From the NCBI GenBank assembly GCA_013265495.1, contig MU061579.1, positions 1,795,319 to 1,859,318 on the forward strand: 64,000 nucleotides of DNA, written 5' to 3'. Each line of letters begins with the position of its first letter. Within the stretch, counting starts at the first letter, position 1. Shown piece by piece: positions 26,553 through 40,180 of the stretch. A program made the position numbers and the translations under genes. The stretch is from Vicugna vicugna. Taxonomy: Eukaryota. The notes under the pieces were generated by a model. It did no database searches. It saw nothing but the letters and a program-made list of their open reading frames with translations, and was not told where the DNA came from.

Positions 26553-28717
26553 TATTTTGACTTACTTTACTTTCCCAAGATGGATACAATTGAATGCCTA
26601 ATCCCTAAGGAACTTAAATAATACTGAATGATGATAAGAAAAAATGCAAATATCTACAATCCAGGTAGATAAAATATAAGGTTATAAAGGCTCTGGTGGA
26701 TCAAAGAAGTGAGTTTTTTTGGGGGGACTGTTTTTTTTGGTGAAAGCAGGGAGAACATGCAAATTGATGGAAGTCACTGTTCAAACTTATCACAAACAAT
26801 ACAATCAAATCTTTACAAAGCATAGCTATTAAAACATGTCTTTGTCCAGTTTTTTTTTTAAAGAAGAAACTCTATTGTTCCCCATTAACCTCATAACTGA
26901 GTGAAAAGCATTTTTAAAAGACATAAATCTGGTGAAAGTTTTCTCAGGCAGGAAAATCTTCCAAGAAAAAGAATCAGGAATGTAGTATTAAATGAGTGAT
27001 GAATTTTATGCTATTTCAAAGGTAAATCAAAGTGCTTGAAACATTTTTAAAATGTTGGATCACTGCATATATAAGAAATGCACAACAGTAAACTTCCTTC
27101 CCTGTGTGCTGTTGTTGCCAGTCATTTTACTTCTACATATTGTCATTAAGACCCACAATACAACTGGTCTTTTTATAATTAAGCAGTCAAGTAAAATTTA
27201 AATAAAAATTTCCAATGAGGAAAAAAATTAAATAAATCCACATAGATACCAGTTCTAGGGCTCTCCATTCCTTTTTGTAGATCAAAATTTCTATCTGAAA
27301 TGATTTGCCCTCAGCCTGAAAAATATCTTTAAACAGTGTTTGCAGTTTAGTATTGAAAAAAAATCTTTCTTTGGTTGTATTCTATTTTCCACTAATTTTT
27401 GAAGTATATTTTGAGCAGATATAGAATTCTCATTAACAGGTTTTTCTTCAGCACTTTAAATGTGCCATTAGATTGTCTTCTGGAATGCATTTTTTGGAGG
27501 CAAGGAATCCACACCGATTTGTTTTTATTTCCCTCTATATAATGTGTAATCATCTATAATTTATTTCCCTCTATATAATGTGTAATGTAACTATGATTCC
27601 TTTCATTGCTGTCTTTTTAGTGACTTATTATGTGTTTTGTGTAGTTTTCATGAAATTTGGGAAAAATTGTGATCATTATTTCTTCAAAACTTTTTCTCCC
27701 TAATTTCTTTGTAATTCTGAAAATCGTATTACTCACATACCAAATAACCTGACATTTTCCCATATGTGTCTTCATCTTTTTTCATTTTATTAATCCATTT
27801 CTACTCTCACTGTTCCTGAGTTTGCAGTTTCTACTGCTGTCTTCTCAAATCCGCTGAACTTCCTACCGAGTGTCTAATCTTCTCTTCAGCCCAACTAGGT
27901 GTTTTTTTATTGCAGGTATTTCATTTTTATTTTCATAATATTTATCCAATGACCTAAAAAAATCTTTGTAATTGACATTAAAAAAAAAAAAACTTGTCGG
28001 ATTATTCTTTTATTTTTCTCAGTTCTAGATCCTTCAAACTGATTGATTTTTCTTTTGGTGATAGGTCATACCTTTTGCTTGTCATGTTTAATGATATATA
28101 ATTGAATGCTATACTTCATAAATATTTTACTTCCAGTGTCTGGATTTTTGTTGAAAGAGTGTCGGGTTTTGTCTTTTCGTTTTTAAACCAAATTTCCTAA
28201 CAGATTGGACGAATCTTTTAAAATGATGTTTTTGTGAGTCTAAAGTAGATTTTAATCTAGACACTCAGGATACATAAACCTTTCTCTTAAGCTGTGGCTT
28301 AACTGATGTATCTACTGAATGCATGAGGTGAATCCTTAAGACTTTCCGCTTGAGTAGGTCAGAAATGAAATGTCTCTCGAGCTTGTATCCGCTCCCCAGT
28401 AGTCCTTTCCCTGGTATCTGTCTTTTGCCAAGCTTTATGGAGTTTTAGCTATACACACACATCTTTGTATTCATCCAAGAATACCAAAGGACACTTACAC
28501 AGATTTACAAGGTTTTTTCATTGTTTTTTCTGACTAGAGCCCTTATTTCCTGAAACTCTAAATCTTTGATTTATCTTTACATAGCTCAGGAAGGTCATGT
28601 TCTTAATTAAATATGCATTAATGGATATATTTACTTTTCCAATGAAATTTATTCTTTCCTATGTGTTCTTGTTACTAAATAGTGTCCTTTCTTTTCAGCT
28701 TAAAAGAAGTGTCTTTA

Positions 28718-29016
28718 ACAAAACAGAAACAGACTCATAGATATAATAGAAAACAAACTTAAGGTTACTAGTAGGGGAAGGGGGTGGGAAGGGATAAATT
28801 GCAAGTTCGATATTTGCAGACACTAAATACTATATATAAAATAGATAAACAAGTTTCTATAGCACAGGGAACTAAATTCAATATCTTGCAGTAACCTATA
28901 ATGAAAGAGAACATGAAAACGAATAGATGTATGCATACTAATAACTGAAACATCATGCTGTACATCAGAAATTGACACAACACTGTAAACTGACTATATT
29001 TCAATAAATTTTTTTT
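28718..29016 (+). mobile_element. Young L1 3'UTR fragment nested in older antisense L1
   Basis: acaaaacagaaacagactcatag...tgactatatttcaataaa; TSD core taaaagaagt at 28701-28710 and 29017-29026. Confidence 0.9.
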
Positions 29017-29332
29017 TAAAAGAAGTACCTTAGTGATGATGAACTTTAGCTTTTGTTTGTCTGGAAAATTATCTTTCTTTTAATTATGAATGATAACTCT
29101 GCAGGCAGAATATTCTTGGTTGGAAGTTGTTTGTATGTTTGTTTTTCCAGCACTTTGAATATATTATGCCACTCCTTTCTGGCCCACAAAGCTTGTGCTA
29201 AAAAATCTGCTGGGTGTATAGGGGTTCCCTTCTATATAACAAGTTGTTTTTCTCTTGCTGCTTCTAATGTTATCTGCTTGTCTTTAATTTTGCTATTTTA
29301 ATCATAATATATCTTGGTGTGAACGTCTTTGA

Positions 29333-29336
<4 letters not shown>

Positions 29337-29370
<34 letters not shown>

Positions 29371-29393
29371 ATTTTTTTTTTTTTTTTTTTTTT
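29337..29393. repeat. Poly(T) tract with one GA interruption
   Basis: Direct reading. Confidence 0.9.
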
Positions 29394-30034
29394 AATTCTT
29401 TGAGCTTCCCAGGTCTAGAAGTTTGTTTCTTTCTCCAAGTCAGGGAGTTTTTCGGTCATTTTTTTCACATACAATTTCTGCCCCTTAGTCTCTTTCTTCT
29501 ACTTTTGGGAGTCCTGTTATTCTGCATCATTTAAGTGATGCTTAGCTTCCTAGAAAGATGTCAATGATTGTGATGAAAATATGTTGAAGGACATACATCC
29601 AAAATGAATGCAAAATTTAAAGTTCTGAGAATGTGGTAAAAATTAGGTGATGTGTGTTTGCCATTTTTGAAGTATATGCTAAAGTAAAGGTTGTCGTTCA
29701 ATTTCATTTTTGACATTTTACACACAATAATACAGACTCAGAACATCCAACCTGTATTTTTTTAACATCCTGTTCATAATGTGAAGAAATTTGATGTTAT
29801 AAATCAAAATTAGTATTCTCTCTTCCATTTGTTTCCAGAAAAGCGTTTAGCTAAAAACATACTATGTTTTCTTTTTCACTTACAAACTAAAAATAAACAG
29901 TTTCACTTATTATTCTTAAAACGAAGAATATTACCAGTTTAACTTTGCCTAACCTAGCCTAATATTCAAGACTGTCCCAGATATATCATTTAACTGTTGA
30001 TATTCACAAGCCCATGTTTCACTTGTATGTATTT

Positions 30035-30235
30035 TTATTTATTTAACAAACACATACTACATATGCCAACTGATGACATAGACACTATTATTTTCCACAA
30101 TTTCAATGTGAGGAAACTAAGGCATGAAAAGTGACATGCTTGCCCAAGGTCACACAGGTAGTAGTTGGTAGAGTTAGCAGCTGCATCCCAGCAATCTGGC
30201 TGTAAATTAAATCCCCTCAACTACTACACCACACA
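30035..30235 (-). mobile_element. MIR SINE
   Basis: tgaggaaactaaggc...cttgcccaaggtcacacaggtagtagttggtagag, reverse MIR core. Confidence 0.85.
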
Positions 30236-33049
30236 GGTATGAACTGTCAATCAACCTCTCAAAGCAATCTTTGGTTACACAGACACACTCTGACTACGTT
30301 CGCATATGGAAGAGAAAAATGAGTAAAAAAGCTGGATGAGTAGTGTTCTCAAAACTTTTTCTAGATTAGATGTGTGTGTGTGCTGACCATTCAAGGACAC
30401 TTTCACAGACATACTGTGGTGTGTTTCAGAAGATGTAAGTTCAGACGTCCATTTATTTCTTAAAAAATGAATTGAATTCTATCTCTAAAGATATATTCTC
30501 TTGCAACGTTTTTTCTTCTCTTCTCTGAGGACTACAAATATTTGTACCTGCTATTCACTTTGTCTATTTTCTCTATATATAGATGTTTATTTTACATATT
30601 TCCTTTTACTCTCTAGACATTATTTGCATATTTATTGTTTTGGGGCAAGGTTAGGCTTTTAAAATGAGTTTTAATATTTATTTGCCCTACTGGCTATCAT
30701 ATATCTTATTTATTAACAACAAAGTAAAGTATTTGGTGAATTTAAATCTCACAAGTCTCATTTCTGGGCAATTAAAATTTAATAAAACAAATATTGAAGT
30801 ACATTTCAACTTAGTCAAAGGCGATTTTAAAACCTTATTTATATTTTGGAAAGTCAATGCATGCTGTTCTATGTAATAGTGTTTATAAATTTGGATTCTC
30901 TTTTTATATGATTAATAATCATTCAATCTTTTTCTTATACAGAGCTAAACTGGAGGGACTATTTGAGAAGTAGTATTCAAGATAATTTTATTTTATCAAT
31001 TTTATGAAATATTTAAAATTATAAATACTAGATATTTTCTGAATTTATAATACTCAAAGCTTTCATTTTATTTTTATTCAAAATTAATTGATTACAATAC
31101 TTACTTATTCAAAATCAATATTCTCTAATTTCCACCTTGTTTTTCATATCTACTTCATATATATATATATATATATATTAGTCTTTCCTCATTAATCTGT
31201 GACTTTAAATTTATAGTCATTTACGTTGCCTATTACTTCACCCAATTTGTCATCAACCTTCTGTCATCTCTGATGGATATAAGTGTTTTATTTAAAGTGG
31301 TGAATTTTAAAGAAAAAGACTAAATGGTGTAAAAAGGTTCTGCCATAAAATTTTGTTGACGTTTTTCCCCTTGTTATTTTGTAGTTGTGTAGTTTTTTTT
31401 TTTTTGCTAACTTAACATGCAATATAAGTCTCAACTTCTGTTTCAATTTAACATTCAGGATCACTGATATTCTTTCAAATACTCATACTGATAATGTTGG
31501 AATTTCAAAAATATTTTTTACATGTTAGCAATATATCTTCTATAAATGGTAACAATGAAGCATATACTATGTGCATAGGGTTTAAACTTTGCATATGCAG
31601 AGCTTACAAGTGAAAAATTAATGTCATGTATGGAAGTAAGTAGCAGAATTAATAAGTTTCATCAGAAATATTAAAAAAAGAATCTCAGATTAGAAGTCTC
31701 CATGACCTTTAGTCAAAACACCCTACTAATTTAGGCCTCTGCTTGAATACTACTTTTGCTGAGAAGCCGATTGCCTCTTTACCGACTTTTCCTTGACCAG
31801 CTTTCAAGAAAATGGTCATGGAGCAATACTGTCAAAATGGCAATGAACAGGATTCAGAACTACAAAGACTATCAAGAGCCAAAGCTTGGAAAGCCGACTT
31901 TTATCTCTGGATCAATTGTTCATTAGCAAATGTGTCAGAAAACATCCCTCCACCGGATAAAGCTCTTCAGTGAAATTGTCTGCCAGGAAATTCTCACTGT
32001 GTTTTTATTGTAGTCATCCATTCTTATCACCCTTGGTTTATTTCTCTTGAAACAATGATTTAAAACTCATGTAGCAGTGTCTTCAATTGAAAAGGTCTTC
32101 ATTCCCCTTGGGACCAAAAATAGGACCTCAGACCATGTCAGGCTAAATTATGTAGTCACACTATTAAACATCCCAGAATGACCATTGTGAAACATAATTT
32201 GACTTGATTAAGCATAAATATCAAAGTTGTGCACAGATATCAACTCTTACAGGGAAAGCCTTATTTACAATTTTTTCTAACCAATCATCAAACAGCAGAA
32301 TCTCACAAAAACCTTCAGTATACAATCCCTTTTATTATCAAATTCTCCAGATTAATCTAACAAAATTACTTTTCCCATTGCCCTATCTTACATTTGTTCA
32401 ATTGTTGTCTTGAACTGTTTATGACAAAAGCTGAAGGTATCTGATCTCTTATTTTAATCATTTTATTTTTTTAACTAATTTTATTTTCAAATTCCACAGA
32501 AACACAAAGACCATAAGGAAGTATCAAGAACAAAAAAGTTCACTAGCAAATTGCAAAATCAATAGTTCAAGAAGTTACTGGTTTTTTTTTTCTTTTCTCA
32601 TAATGTAGTCATTGCATATGTAAATTGTCTGCAGATGTGCTCCTCTCTGAAAAATGGTAATGCTAAAATTTTTAAATATGTGTTTTGGATGGAATTACGA
32701 TCTTGAAAGGTCCTTTGTGAATATCAAGTGTCTAGCTTGCTGAATGTAAATCCATAGGAGTAGTTTTTGAGGATTACTGTGAAACACACAAACTGAAAAT
32801 GAGGTTTACGTTTATTTATTTTACATTACTTAAAAAAAAAGTTTGGCAAGTGAGTATGTTAAAAGGATGTGTGGTGGGTCTGGTGAGAAGAGAGAAGAAA
32901 GGTCAGAACCAGATGGATTCAGTCACAAGGAGCAAGTAGCACATCTTTAGTTGTCATATGGTAATTCAACTTTTTTACTACTATAGGCAAGAGAGGATAA
33001 CCTGGATATTTTCTCACATTATTTTACCAGTCTAAATTACTACACTGTG

Positions 33050-33235
33050 ACAGGTCTTACAACTAGTCAGGTACCTGTGCAGGAATTGATCATGCGGCCC
33101 CTATTCCTTGTGTGCCCAGCCTTCTCCCCACAATAAAAGACCCTTGGTGCTCACCCAGGCACCTCTCGCCTATGTGGCCTATAGCAGCGTACCTATTAAA
33201 CTTTCCTAAACTCTTAAAAAATAAATATAAATAAA
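33050..33235 (+). mobile_element. L1-retroposed short polyadenylated insert of LTR-like sequence
   Basis: GC-richer 166-bp body, ATTAAA at 33195-33200, A-rich tail 33216-33235, 17-bp TSD with 2 mismatches (33033-33049, 33236-33252). Confidence 0.8.
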
Positions 33236-34033
33236 TAAATGACCACACTGTGTTACTTACTCAGTCACAGTGCTTTTGACAGCAACAAGGCTCTACCACT
33301 TACTTTTGAATAGAACACTTTGTAATCCAGAACTGTTAGCAAAGGGCATAATAACAGACCAAAGCTTCATTTTAAATCAGCTCCTTTTGTAATGTTTCTA
33401 CAGTTAATTATCATCTAAATAAATTTGGACAAAGAAATCCATATTTCCAACATGGCTAAATCTTAATCATTGGCTAAAAACCATATTATTAATAGATATA
33501 TATGACAGAGGAAAACAGTAGCTGAAGAAAACAATAAAAATTATTGTTGGTAAAATGAATCCAAATAAATATTTGATTCAGAATATTATCAGTAATTCAA
33601 TAGGAAATGTTTGATTTATATCAGTAGTTACAAAAGGTGAATTGCATCTAAGATTCTTCTAAACAGACCAACAATTATTTTCAATTAGGTTATGGTTACA
33701 TGAGAGGCTGTAATAATAAAAATAAAAATATGAGATTTCCACTTATTTTTATCTGAGCTGTTAAAATGCTCCATTATTTAAATTTAAATCAAAATTTTAC
33801 AATTGGGTGAATATTTTATTTGAAAGACTGTGATAGTAAAAATAATCAGACAGTTTTGTGGAGGTTTAAATATTAGAACTGCAGCTTATATAGCAAAATC
33901 TATCCAATACATTCTTGTATCATAGTAGATCATGCATTCAATGAGTTTTATTTCAGAATTAAAGTATTTTAACTTAAAATGAAGTTTCCATAATTATTTG
34001 TATCTTTATTCACAAATATCCCACATAAATTTC

Positions 34034-34403
34034 TTATGAAATGACTTGTGTCCCCTCTAAATTTATATATTGAAGCCCTAACCTCCAATGTGGCTGTATT
34101 TGGAGACAGTGCCTACAGAGAGGTAATTAAGGTTAAAAGAGGTCATAAGAGTGGATCCTTAATCCAATATGATTGGTGTCCTTCTAAGAAGATAAGAAGA
34201 GGAAGAAACACCAGGAATGTGTGACAGAGGAAAGACCAATTGAAGACATAATGAGAAGGTGGTCATCTCTCTGTCATGGAGGGAGCCCTCCTGACACCTT
34301 TATCTTGGACTTTCAGCCCCAGAACTGGGAGAAAATAAATTTCCATCATTTAAGCCACTCAGTTCATAGTATTCTGTCACAGCAATGCTAGAAAGCAAAT
34401 ACA
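34034..34403 (+). mobile_element. MaLR solo LTR (MLT1B-like)
   Basis: gaagccctaacctccaatgtggctgtatttggagac...taatccaatatgattggtgtcctt...tcttggactttcagccccagaactgggagaaaataaatttc. Confidence 0.85.
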
Positions 34404-36138
34404 AAATTCTAAAGGCAAGTTTTGTAACTTTGCTAAATAAGTTTTGGGACAAGGCAAACAATACTATAGAAATCTGTAATTTCGTACTTTCGCCTGAAAG
34501 TTCAAAACATGTATTTACCTGAAACCTTAATTGGATTAAATTTAATTCAAAATAAATGGCTGAGATGGGGAAGCCTGATGTTTTGATTCATTCTTCAAAA
34601 ATGCAGCAGGCTGAGGTATGGGAAATACTGGACAATAACAGAGTTCTATACGTATTATCAGGGTTGGAAAGTAGAATGCAGGAAAACTTAAAATCACGTG
34701 TATGTAGTTCTGAGAGAGATCCGTTCCTGTTAGGACAGCGACTGGTTTGTATGTAAGGAGGAGAACTGGTCTGGGAAAACATAAGCATCTAAGCAGGATA
34801 TCAGTAATTTAGATAAACTAATCAGAAACAGACCTCAGGGCCAAGCAGCACAGGAGGCTTTGCAGTAAGCTGGGTTGGGCCAGGTTGAACAGCAGGATCC
34901 ATTCCTACTACCTTAGGGTGCTTTTCTGCACTGCAAGAGCAGAATGCTGAATACTTTTCCAACATTTCCATGCTCATACTGGATGCAAATCAGGTCCTAT
35001 CAGTTAGATGTACTTATATAAGTCTTTTTAAGGGGATGATTGAAAGGAGGCCTTTCTGCTAATGTTTGCTGGTTTGCTGTTATTGTAATCAAGTTGTGAG
35101 GTTGTGATTTTGTTCTGTGGTTTTGTTCTTAGAATCCATTTAACAGCTTCATTGGCATTTAAGTAGAGTTTTGGGGTGGCAGCTCCTTCCCCATTCATCA
35201 AGACAGTATGTCAGACTCAGTGGTTCAGTGGTGGCCTCCTAATTTTTCACTTTTCTGATTGTGTCAGAGGTCAACCCTTGGTTGATCAATTTGGTATGTA
35301 ACGGGTCTACAGTATAGCTCAGAGCCTACTCTTACAATATTTCTCTGGATTAAATCCCATTCTGCTCCTAATATTTAGTGCATTCTGAGTGTTAGAGAAA
35401 CCAAGAATAAACCACCAATTTTCTGTACTGAATTAATTTTATTGTTGTTTGAAAGTAGTATGCTATCCAAACTCTAAATCTGATTTAATAGAAAATGTAT
35501 ACAATTGTAGCCCATAGATATCTCCAAATGTACATATGAGTAGGTCAACATAACTATCCCTCAAACATGAAAATGCCTCTAATTTCACACTTTAGGTTTC
35601 TTTTTTCCTTAATCTACAGATACTTTCTTACTTTTACTCCACCTTCTCAATGTCATATACATTTATTGGATTATCATGATTAATAATCTAGCAGAAACAA
35701 AAACTATTTTGTCAACAAAGGGATATCATTGATTTCATTACCAATGAGACAAAAATTGAGTCAGCACATAACCACAAATGTACATACACAGAAGGTATTA
35801 AAACTTATTTTCGCATACCTAGTAACAATAGGAAAAGTTTATGAAAGAAAAGTTATACTATTCTTTGAGAATTTTATTCAATTTGATTACCTCCCTTCTT
35901 TCCTCAGAGCCTAAAACTACATTGAGCTACAAACCCTTGGCCTAAGAATATTTACCTGAGCTATATCTTAAGAAATCTTTTAAACAACGTTTCTTAAAAT
36001 TATTTTATTTAACGGGAAGGGTACTGACAGGGAGAGAGGAAAAACTTGAGTTTTCATGGCTGTAGCATTAACTAATGAAGAGCATTTCATTAGATCCCTC
36101 TGGGACTTAGGTTACAACCAATTAAAAATCAGAGGTGA

Positions 36139-36471
36139 ATGATACAAATTCTATTTACAAACCAAAAACAGACTCACGGACATAGAAAACAAATGATGGT
36201 TACCAAAGGGGAAAGGGTGGAGAGGGATAAATTAGGGGTTGGGGACTAACAGACACACATTACTATATACAAAACAGATAAACAACAAGGACCTACTGTA
36301 TAGCACAGGGAACTATATTCAATGTCTTGTAATAACATATAATGGAAAGGAATCTGAAAAGAAAAAAAAATATATATATATATATATGTATGTATCTGTA
36401 TAACTGAATCACTTTGCTATACACCTGAAACTAACATCATAAATCAACTACACTTCAATAATTTTTTTTTT
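36139..36471 (+). mobile_element. L1 3'UTR fragment
   Basis: L1 3'UTR motifs; TSD aaatcagaggtga (36126-36138) / aaatcaggggtga (36472-36484). Confidence 0.9.
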
Positions 36472-37750
36472 AAATCAGGGGTGACCTAAATAATCCCTAC
36501 AACTTCCTCTAGGTCTAAGATACGAGGTTTCCCTTCTGGCTATACTATTCCATGAAGAAGTATTTAAACAGAGTGTTTAAAATGGACTGTTAAATTACAG
36601 AAGGAAAAACGCTAAATTAGAACCTATTAATTAAATACATAGAGAAGATATAAGGTATTTCCCAAAGGAGAATCCATAATTTAAAGCATATTTAATTAAC
36701 ATAATACCACAAACCATCAATAAATATTATGAAAGGTACGTCTCTCTCCAGCATGCCTACTACCCTCACATATGGCTTGCTACAGTCCCCTGGGAGAAGT
36801 GCTAGCACATATTGTCCTAAATCTTAAAAATATACTTATCTAGAAGGTTGTGGGTGTTTTTTTTTCTCTCTTAAAAGAGAAAAAAGTGAAAACATCTGGA
36901 AGTTATAATTTTCAAGGTGATTTTTAGAGAAGCACAAGAATGAAGAAATTTTGCCTGTTCAAAGGTATGATCTTTGTGATAGCAAATTATCCCTAGGATA
37001 TTTACTTTTATTAAAACCTGTGGCTTCACTTTCTTAATATCTGGAGGGCTAAGACTGTTAGATGGTAGGAGAAGACAGCAATGGCAAGAACATCTTAGAA
37101 TTTATCATCATTTTATCTAAAAGGCCTTTATTTTCCTTGAATTTATTGCACACATGAAACAGGAAAGAAAAAGTCTATGAGAAAAGCCTTACAGTTCAAA
37201 TTTCATGATACAATTTACAAATTAATTTCTTTAATTACCAGAATCCATCTATTACTGTAACTCGGTTCTCTCAAGTGCATTGAACAGTGCATGGAAAGGT
37301 GCCTTACCAATAGGATGTGATGGTTTCTTCCTTAGGCTAGGCTATACACAAATTCTTCATGAAAAGAACAATTTTAGGTATATTTGTAAATGTCTGGAAT
37401 TTGAGAAAAATAGTTCTTTAAACATTGTTTACACTGAAATCAGTTTGACCACTTGTCTAATAACCACCCTAGTCAACTGGGGCATTGAATACAATGATTG
37501 ATACAATGACCTGACCAGCTGTGTGACTGTAACTGAACTAACCAAAAAAAAAATAATTGACTTAATATGACATATGTGCTGTCTCACTGCTGTGGAATTA
37601 AAAGTTCCACTATTTTCTTAATGCTCTGAGAAGTCTCTGACCTCCTCTGCTCTACAAGACAGCACCCTCAACAACGAAAGAGGCTAGATGCATCATAATG
37701 TTGGAAAACTCAAATACATCAGTGCACTGTCAACACAAACAAATACTTAC

Positions 37751-37822
37751 AGAGAATTAGAACTGACAAATCCAGCTTCCTGCAACTTTCGATAATGAAA
37801 ACTAGGGGAAATTCCAAAGAAA
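37751..37822 (-). CDS. Internal 72-nt exon of an unidentified minus-strand gene
   Basis: Minus strand: branch-like cattaac, acceptor gacctgttttccag|, 72 nt, donor |gtaagtattt; two frames open (FFGISPSFHYRKLQEAGFVSSNSL, phase 2; SLEFPLVFIIESCRKLDLSVLIL, phase 1); unique flanks. Confidence 0.65.
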
Positions 37823-38849
37823 CTGGAAAACAGGTCGTGGGTTAATGATTCAGAGCTAATTATTTTCTTTGCACAAAGACTATCTACATAGTATGGTACT
37901 TTTGAATACTAGGGAGCTGAAAGACAGAGTTTCCAAGCCAAGAAGGTTTTTAAATACAAGGAGTGTAGAGGTATTGGATAGCCTTGTTAGTATTTGCCTT
38001 GTGTAGCGATAAATCACACACACACACTCAGCAGCACAGAGGAAAGCACACTGGCTTTGGGTCTAATAGAGCCCTTCATCACATTTCAACCGTTTTTTAC
38101 TGCAATTTGACCCCATAACAAATCATATGTGGTATAAAGGTAGGATGTCTTCCTCACATGAGATAAGGAAACTCACACACAGAATAAACAAGTGACTTGC
38201 CAATGATCACATAAGTAATAAATATCAGAGTTAGGACTAGTACCCAGATGTTCTTACTCTTAATTCATTGCTTTTATTTCTATTACACAATATTAAATCT
38301 TACATATTTCAGTTGCAAATGACCAAAGTGTCAACGGTAACAAAAATAAGCCCCATGCCCCAGATGAAGGTAAATGGAAGACTTACTGGTTTTACACCAT
38401 CAGGAGGTCCAGAGGTAGAGAGAGGTGACTTCAGGTATTGCTGGGTCCAAAAATTCAAAACAATAATCTGCTTGGGTATACAACCTCTCTCTGACTCACT
38501 CCCTCTCTCATCATATTTACTGGCTCTTCCTCCTTTCTTTCTTCCTCTGATTCTGTCCCTATATTGGCTTCATTCTTTCTTACTTCAGATAAGGTCTCTT
38601 TATCTTCCTACAATGATAATAATTTCAAAGTAATATGTTATTCTTTCCAGGTCGGTGATTCTCCTCCATTTCTTCTTCTTTCTCCTTCTTCTTTGTCACT
38701 GTTTCTGATTCCTGACTTGGATCACAGATCAATCTGCAGACTCATCATTGCTTCCAGGGCTCTGAGGCACTTTTATTTCCCAGACCTGAGTCATATTTAA
38801 TCTCCCAGCTGAAGATAATTTGACCAGCAGTCTTTTGGAAATTACATGA

Positions 38850-39100
38850 GGAGGTTAGGTGACTCTGTCCAGTCTGAGGCTGTCTAAGGTCTTGGTCTCT
38901 CTTCAGCAAGGATTCTGTTAGGTCAGTTTAGCAAGAGCTCTCTACCCTTGATGCCTCCTCTTAGAAATTTTCCATCATCTGACCCCTTCACTCTGCTCTT
39001 TGGCTATAAATCACCACTTGTCTTTGCCGTATTTGGAATTGAGCCTGATCTCTCTCCCTTATTGCAACAGTCTTGAATAAAGTCTAAATTTATCATTTTA
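38850..39100 (+). mobile_element. ERV1-type LTR fragment (MER34/MER39-like)
   Basis: ctgttaggtcagtttagcaaga...ttggctataaatcaccacttg...gtcttgaataaagtc with TATA box and AATAAA. Confidence 0.7.
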
Positions 39101-39214
39101 GCAAATGTAACACACAGTCATATAGAAACAATCATATATAAAACAAAATCCTAACTGCAACACTTAAGAATCATCTTGTTTTCATTCACTAATTTAAAAC
39201 ATCTGAATCTCTTC

Positions 39215-40180
39215 CACCATTCATTCCAATCACTCACTTACACTCTAGTTACTGCAAGCTGCTTAAGACATCACCATGTGTCCTATTTTTTGCAGTACCC
39301 AGAAAGGCAGTGCAGGAGATTTAACAACACAAACACACTGGACAAACAATCATATATAAAACCAAATCCCTGCCCTTGAGGAGCTTACACTGTTACAAAG
39401 GAGATTGGAAATAAATAAACGTACAGGTACTACACTGTCAAGTGGAAATGAGCGCTATAATCAAAATAAAGCATGCTAGAGAGAGAGAGCATTGGGAGTG
39501 TGAGTATAGCTCGGAAACATTGGGGAGAGCCTTCTGAAAAGCTGACATATAAGCAGAAACTTGTCTGAAATGAGAAGAGCAAAAATTGTAAATATTTCAG
39601 GAAAGACAGTCCAAGGCTTAGTATCAAAATTGGCAAGGCCTTGAGGTGGGTGAGTACCACAGAAGTTCAAAGGGTAGCAAGAAGATCAGTGTGGCTGCAG
39701 TGGAGTGAGCAAAGAAGTCAAGAGGAGAAGATGAAAAACAGAAATGTAGACAGAAGCAGATGACACAAGGTATTTTCAGTTAAAGGAAGGACTTTGAACA
39801 TAGTGCATGTGCTTTGTGAAACCATTAGCATGTATGAGGATGTTCTGGTGGGATGAGATGTCATCAAGAATTCACAATCCTCATGTCACACTGGACAAAC
39901 TGTGTGGGGCCAAGAGTTGAAACGAGAAGCGTTGTGTGAAAGGGGAGCAGTCAGAAAGTTGCTGCAACACTCCAGGCAGGAAAAGAGGGTGACATGAACT
40001 AGTGAAGCAACACAGGGCTAATTAAAAAGGTCCAATTCAAGAGTTTTACAACTCAGAAGCAGTAATATTGGTTGATAGATTGTATGAGGGGCATAAACAG
40101 ATTGTGTCTGTTAAATGTGATTCCAGGTTTTGGTCGGAATTACTGAAGTATAATGTTGCCTCATTCACTAAAATGGTGAT
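39215..40180 (-). mobile_element. L2 LINE 3' region
   Basis: cattcattc start, aaatccctgcccttgaggagcttacact, cagtgtggctgcagtggagtgagc, aaggactttgaa: reverse L2 motifs. Confidence 0.75.

Larger units (their letters stand above)
27060..29520 (-). mobile_element. Degraded older L1 fragments (ORF1/inter-ORF region), with a nested young L1
   Basis: gatatagaattct...ttttcttcagcactttaaatg, ttttccagcactttgaatatattatgccactcctttctggcc: antisense L1 ORF1-region motifs; boundaries approximate. Confidence 0.7.

Noticed and set aside
31812..31973. 53-codon plus-strand ORF MVMEQYCQ...KALQ*
   Set aside because: Short, unrecognised and within chance expectation
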